Shown here one piece after another: positions 27,951 through 32,000 of a DNA stretch of 32,000 bases. Origin of the DNA: Cereibacter sphaeroides 2.4.1 (GTDB lineage: Bacteria > Pseudomonadota > Alphaproteobacteria > Rhodobacterales > Rhodobacteraceae); contig NC_007493.2 in assembly GCF_000012905.2 (NCBI RefSeq), forward strand, positions 810,001 through 842,000, in the 5' to 3' direction. The notes under the pieces were generated by a model, which was not told the DNA's origin, did no database searches, and saw only the letters and a program-made list of their open reading frames with translations. Both the position numbers and the translations under genes were made by a program. The first letter of the stretch is position 1; the number at the start of each line of letters is the position of its first letter.

Positions 27951-29117
27951 TCAGCTCTTCGAGCCGGAGGGGGCGGCCGCCTCGGGCTCCACCAGCGCCA
28001 CCGGGCCGCCGGGGCGCAGCGTCTGCACGCCCTCGACCACCACCAGATCGTCGGGGCGGAAGGTGGCCTGCACCAGCACCGCATCGGCGTCGCGCTGCAG
28101 GATCCGCGCGGAGACCCGCTCGGAGCGGCCCTCGCGCACCACCCAGACATAGGAGCCGTCGGCGCCCCACTGGATCGCCAGCGGATCGACGGCGGGGCGC
28201 GGCTCGCCCGGAAGCTCGAGCCGGATCGAGAAGGACATGCCCGCGCGCAGCCGGTCGTCCGCATTGGGGATGGTGGCGCGGATGCGCAGAGTGCGGCTCG
28301 CCTCGTCCACGCGGTTGTCGAGCGCGCTGATCCGGCCCTCGAGCGGCTCCTGCGGGCCCGAGAGCGGCGTGGCCGTCACCCGGTCGCCGATGCCCACCTT
28401 GCCCACCACGCGCTCGGGCACGCGGAAATCCACGAGGAGGCTCGTGCGGTCGTCGAGCTGGGTCAGCAGGTCGCCCCGGCTGATCTGGTCGCCGACCTCG
28501 ACCTCGATGATGCCGACCCAGCCGTCGAAGGGCGCGACGATTCGGTGCTGCGAGAGCTCGAAGCGCGCCTGCTGCAGCTCGAGCTCGGCGGTGCGGACGG
28601 CCAAAAGCGCCTCCTGCCGCGCGAGGTCGCTGGTGACGCCCGAGCCTGCGAGCCGCTCGGCGCGGGCCAGATCCTCGCGCGCGTCGGCGAGGATCAGCTC
28701 GGCGCGGTTGACGGCGATGCGCGCGGCTTCGCTGTCGAGCGAGGCGATGAGGTCGCCCGCCGCCACGCGGCTGCCGGGCTCGATGGGGATGGCGTCGATC
28801 CGGCCCTCGACCTCGGGAGCGAGGGTGACGGCGCGGACGGCGCGGGCGCTGCCCACCGCAGTGACGATGGCATTGAGCGGGCGCTCCTCGGGCGGCGCTG
28901 CGACGACCCGGGTGGTGGGCGCGCCGCCCGGGCCGCCCCGCGGGCCCGGAGCCGCCTGCGCCTCGCTGTCCTGCGCCACAAGGCCTATCCGCTCCATCGG
29001 GGCGAGCAGCCCCACCCGCGCCAGCATGGGCCGGGCGGCGGGCACATAGAGCACCCAGATGACCAGAACCGCCGCGGCGACGGCCAGCACGAGCAGGCCC
29101 TGCTTCACCAGTGACAT
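27951..29117 (-). CDS. RND efflux periplasmic adaptor (membrane fusion protein, HlyD family)
   Basis: In frame with track ORF 27951..29234. The start is ATG 29117 (MSLVKQGLLVLAVAAAVLVIWVL) after GAGGAGGGA. It has a coiled-coil hairpin (AELELQQARFEL) and beta-barrel segments. Its stop lies 3 nt before the RND gene start. Confidence 0.92.
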   Translation of the reverse strand: MSLVKQGLLVLAVAAAVLVIWVLYVPAARPMLARVGLLAPMERIGLVAQDSEAQAAPGPRGGPGGAPTTRVVAAPPEERPLNAIVTAVGSARAVRAVTLAPEVEGRIDAIPIEPGSRVAAGDLIASLDSEAARIAVNRAELILADAREDLARAERLAGSGVTSDLARQEALLAVRTAELELQQARFELSQHRIVAPFDGWVGIIEVEVGDQISRGDLLTQLDDRTSLLVDFRVPERVVGKVGIGDRVTATPLSGPQEPLEGRISALDNRVDEASRTLRIRATIPNADDRLRAGMSFSIRLELPGEPRPAVDPLAIQWGADGSYVWVVREGRSERVSARILQRDADAVLVQATFRPDDLVVVEGVQTLRPGGPVALVEPEAAAPSGSKS

Positions 29118-29358
29118 CGTCCCTCCTCGGTTGTCGCGGCCCCTGATACGCCGCGCCTGCCTCGTTCCGTCGTTTCTTCTAGCGCGAAGGCTGTAAAGAT
29201 CGCAGCCCCATCCCCGCCGGAGCCTGCACATCATGGCACAAATGCGTGATCGGCGGGGGAGGGCGGCGCGGGTTCACGCGGACGTGCGCTTTCGGCGCGG
29301 AACTTGAAACGCGGCGCGCCCTGCTATCATTGAGACTTGCGGTCGCCCGAGGTCACCC

Positions 29359-30030
29359 ATGTTCATCGTCAGTCCCTCCACGATATGGAACCGGAACGCG
29401 CTCGAGACGCGGCAGGTGCCGCGGCGGATCTTCGGGCGGGTGATGCTGCTGCCGCGCCGCGGCTTCCCGCTGCGCCTCGTCTGGCGGATGGCGTTCGAGA
29501 CGCAGATGCTGCGCTTTCTGGGCGTGCTCGCGCCCTTCGTGGCGGCCATGTTCGTCTGGCGGCAGAGCGCGCTCGCCATCGCGCAGGCGCCGCTCCTGAT
29601 GATCGTGGCCATCCTCTATGTCGAGACGAACGTGCTGCGCATCCCGAAGGAAAGGCGAGCGAAGATGATCGACCGCGCCGAGGCCGACCGGGGGCTCGAC
29701 CTGCTGCAGGTGCGCGGGCGGGCGATCCTGACGCGGATCGCGGCACGGCGGCAGCTTGCGTCCGGCGTTCTGCATCTGGTCGTGGAACAGTCGGACATGG
29801 CCTATATCACGCCGCTGACCTTCGTCTCGGTCCAGTCGGAAGCGGAGCCGGAGGTGGTCCGTCTGAGCCGCGAGGAGGAGGCCATGATCCGCCGCGACCT
29901 GTTCGGCGCGCCGCTCACCGAACGGAAGCTGCTGCGGATCAACCTCCTCGAGAATGTCTTCCTGCGCGACGTGGCGCTCGACATGCGAGGGGTCTCGGCG
30001 CATGCGCGGCTGGCGGCGCTGTCGGGCTGA
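29359..30030 (+). CDS. Uncharacterised membrane protein (two predicted TM helices plus a roughly 130-aa charged soluble domain)
   Basis: Track ORF of 223 aa. It has the strong G/C third-position bias of real genes here. Hydrophobic segments are LRFLGVLAPFVAAMFVW and APLLMIVAILYV. GAGG lies 6 nt upstream of the ATG. I recognise no family, and the start codon is uncertain. Confidence 0.65.
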   Translation: MFIVSPSTIWNRNALETRQVPRRIFGRVMLLPRRGFPLRLVWRMAFETQMLRFLGVLAPFVAAMFVWRQSALAIAQAPLLMIVAILYVETNVLRIPKERRAKMIDRAEADRGLDLLQVRGRAILTRIAARRQLASGVLHLVVEQSDMAYITPLTFVSVQSEAEPEVVRLSREEEAMIRRDLFGAPLTERKLLRINLLENVFLRDVALDMRGVSAHARLAALSG

Positions 30031-30046
30031 GGCGACGGCCGGTTGA

Positions 30047-30102
30047 GGCGAAGGCCGGGGGCGCTGCCCCCGGACCCCCGGGATATTTGGGCAGAGTGAA
30101 AG
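30047..30102 (+). repeat. Copy 2 of the 57-bp structured intergenic element, 16 nt after the stop of 29359..30030
   Basis: GGCGAAGGCCGGGGGCGCTGCCCCCGGACCCCCGGGATATTTGGGCAGAGTGAAAG. 55 positions are identical to the reverse complement of 17553-17609. Confidence 0.85.
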
Positions 30103-30251
30103 ACGGGAGGTTCAGCCGAACGCCAGGGCCCGCGGGCTGCCGGGGGGCGGCGGGCGGAGGCTGCGGCCCTGACGAGGAGCTAGGGCGGCAAGGGGCGCAG
30201 GGTGCAGGCTGGAGGCGGACCCCGAGAGAGCTCGAGCGGTCCTGCTGTGTT

Positions 30252-30305
30252 CCGGGCGGCGGATCCGAGGAGCCGCCGCCGGGTAATGCCCGCCTTGGGA
30301 GGCGG
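30252..30305 (-). terminator. Two GC-rich stem-loops directly downstream of glgX, candidate terminators
   Basis: CCGCCT (30290-30295) pairs with AGGCGG (30300-30305) around a 4-nt loop, 2 nt from the glgX stop. CCGGGCGGCGG (30252-30262) pairs with CCGCCGCCGGG (30273-30283) with 1 mismatch and a 10-nt loop. There is no clear U-tract. Confidence 0.4.
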
Positions 30306-30307
30306 TC

Positions 30308-32000
30308 TCAGTCGGCCTCTTCGGCGGCCACCAGCACCATCACGCTCTGCCAGCCGACCGGGAGGGTGCCCAGAGCGGGCTCGTCGCAGGCGATGCGCTC
30401 GCGCGACGTGTCGATCTTCAGCCGCCACTCGCCCTCGGGCAGCGCGAAGTCGCCGTCGTCGCCCGCGTTCAGCACCACGAGGAGGTCGCGCCCGCGCGGG
30501 AGGTCGAGCCGGAGCGCGAAGAGCCTGAGCTCGCCCTCGTTCCAGTCGCCCTCCTCCATCTCGCGCCCGGCAGGATGGAGCCACGTAGCCACCGGCGTGT
30601 CGTGCTGCACCGCGTCCGGGCCCACGGCGAAGCGGGCACGCGATATGCCGCCGTCGGCCTTGCGGAACTCGGCGAGGTCCGCCACGGCGCGGATCAACTC
30701 GTCGCGCGCCTCCTCCCAGTCGAGCCAGGCGATCTCATTGTCCTGGCAGTAGGCGTTGTTGTTGCCCTGCTGGCTCTGGCCGAACTCGTCGCCCGCGAGG
30801 ATCATGGGCACGCCCTGCGACAGGAACAGCGTGGCGAGCATGGCCTTCACCCGCCGCAGCCGCGCCTCGAGGATGCCGGGATCGTCGGTCGGCCCCTCGG
30901 CGCCCAGATTGTGCGACAGGTTGTGCGAATGGCCGTCGCGGTTGTCCTCGCCGTTCGCCTCATTGTGCTTCTCGTCGTAGGAGACGAGGTCCCAGGCGGT
31001 GAAGCCGTCATGGGCCGCGATGAAGTTGACCGACGAGGTCGCAGGCCGGTGCGAATGGGAGAACTGCACCGGCGAGCCCAGAAGACGCTGCGACACGTCG
31101 CCGATCAGCCCGGGGTCGCGCCGCCAGAAGGCGCGGAGGTCGTCGCGCGCCTTGTCGTTCCATTCGCGGAACGGCCAGGGGAAGCCGCCGACCTGATAGC
31201 CGCCCTCGCCGATGTCCCAGGGTTCGGCGATCAGCTTGACCATCGAGAGCACCGGATCCTGCCGGATCGCCGCGAAGAACGTGCCGCCGCGTTCGAACCC
31301 CTCGGGCTCGCGGCCGAGTGTCGAGGCGAGGTCGAAGCGGAAGCCGTCGACATGCATGACTTCGACCCAGTAGCGCAAGGAGTCCATCACCATGCGCAGC
31401 ACCATCGGATGGGCCACGTTGAGCGTGTTGCCGGTGCCAGTCGTGTCGAAGGAATGGCGCTTCGCCTCGGGCGAGAGCAGGTAGTAGGAGGCATTGTCGA
31501 TGCCGCGGAACGAGAGCGTCGGGCCCTTCTCGTTGCCCTCGCAGGTGTGGTTGTAGACCACATCGAGGATCACCTCGATGCCGGCATCGTGGAACCGCTT
31601 GATCGCCCGCTTCACCTCGCGCATGGAGCCCGACTTCGTGTAGGGCCGATAGGGCGCGAAGAAGGAGAGCGTGTTGTAGCCCCAGTAGTTCGACAGGCCC
31701 TTCTCGATCAGGTGGCGGTCGTTGAGGAAGCCGTGGATGGGCAGAAGCTCGATCGCCGTGACCCCGATGGCCTTCAGATGGTCGATCACCGCCGGCGAGG
31801 CGAGGCCCTTGAAGGTGCCGCGATCCTCTTCCGGCACGCCCGGATGGCGCATGGTCAGACCCTTCACATGGGCCTCGTAGATCACGGTGTCCTGCCAGCG
31901 GTGCCGGAGCGCCTTGTCCGCCTCCCAGTCGAAGGCCGGATCGACCACCACCGCCTTCGGCATGAAGGGTGCGCTGTCGCGCGGATCGAGTTCGAGATCG
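30308..32000 (-). CDS. glgX: Glycogen debranching enzyme GlgX (GH13). The N-terminus lies beyond the right window edge.
   Basis: Track ORF 30308..31963. The frame stays open upstream to position 32000 (...DLELDPRDSAPFMPKAVVVDP). GH13 motifs: VILDVVYNHT, GFRFDLAS, AEPWD and FIAAHDGF. Confidence 0.92.
   Translation of the reverse strand, partial: DLELDPRDSAPFMPKAVVVDPAFDWEADKALRHRWQDTVIYEAHVKGLTMRHPGVPEEDRGTFKGLASPAVIDHLKAIGVTAIELLPIHGFLNDRHLIEKGLSNYWGYNTLSFFAPYRPYTKSGSMREVKRAIKRFHDAGIEVILDVVYNHTCEGNEKGPTLSFRGIDNASYYLLSPEAKRHSFDTTGTGNTLNVAHPMVLRMVMDSLRYWVEVMHVDGFRFDLASTLGREPEGFERGGTFFAAIRQDPVLSMVKLIAEPWDIGEGGYQVGGFPWPFREWNDKARDDLRAFWRRDPGLIGDVSQRLLGSPVQFSHSHRPATSSVNFIAAHDGFTAWDLVSYDEKHNEANGEDNRDGHSHNLSHNLGAEGPTDDPGILEARLRRVKAMLATLFLSQGVPMILAGDEFGQSQQGNNNAYCQDNEIAWLDWEEARDELIRAVADLAEFRKADGGISRARFAVGPDAVQHDTPVATWLHPAGREMEEGDWNEGELRLFALRLDLPRGRDLLVVLNAGDDGDFALPEGEWRLKIDTSRERIACDEPALGTLPVGWQSVMVLVAAEEAD

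Noticed and set aside
24849-29114. A 1421-aa plus-strand ORF, the longest in the track
   Set aside because: It is exactly antisense to the RND permease and its adaptor, which have clear family signatures and translational coupling. Its product is low-complexity (runs of R, D, H, G, A) with no TM or domain pattern. It is a shadow ORF.

Overview
This window is a gene-dense segment of a very GC-rich genome, with G or C at almost every third codon position. The protein sequences and gene order look like core chromosome of a Rhodobacteraceae-type alphaproteobacterium (Cereibacter/Rhodobacter-like). That placement is recognition from memory, not a search.

I support about 31 protein-coding genes, 26 of them on the minus strand. 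In order they are:
- a beta-oxidation operon led by a MerR regulator (merR, acyl-CoA dehydrogenase, GFA-domain gene, thiolase, fused hydratase/dehydrogenase cut by the left edge)
- a second tandem MerR paralog
- a divergent operon of two hotdog thioesterases plus a MATE exporter
- a TauE/TIGR02186-like membrane pair
- a nucleoside-type (BMP family) ABC importer operon ending in purine nucleoside phosphorylase
- rimI, tsaB and an Nfu-type gene
- a universal stress protein gene that is frameshifted
- a class IV aminotransferase, a VOC protein, an L,D-transpeptidase and an LpxL-type acyltransferase
- a solitary fliG
- a 51-aa secreted peptide gene that is too short for the ORF track
- purB, a DUF333 lipoprotein and an RND pump with its adaptor
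- an uncharacterised membrane protein
- glgX, cut by the right edge

I saw no rRNA, tRNA, CRISPR array, transposase, integrase, phage gene or recognisable defence gene. I did not find a convincing new multi-gene system, and the region reads as housekeeping.

The observations most worth a second look are:
- a 5-bp tandem duplication that splits the USP gene
- a near-identical 57-bp structured element present twice, each time just after a stop codon
- a dense ACGT-core operator-like array between the two MerR paralogs
- the unlisted Cys-containing secreted peptide upstream of the orphan fliG
- the poorly characterised TauE/TIGR02186 pair

Many long ORFs in the track are antisense shadow ORFs or N-terminal over-extensions typical of high-GC DNA, and I rejected them. 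All family assignments come from motif recognition by eye. No BLAST or HMM search was run.
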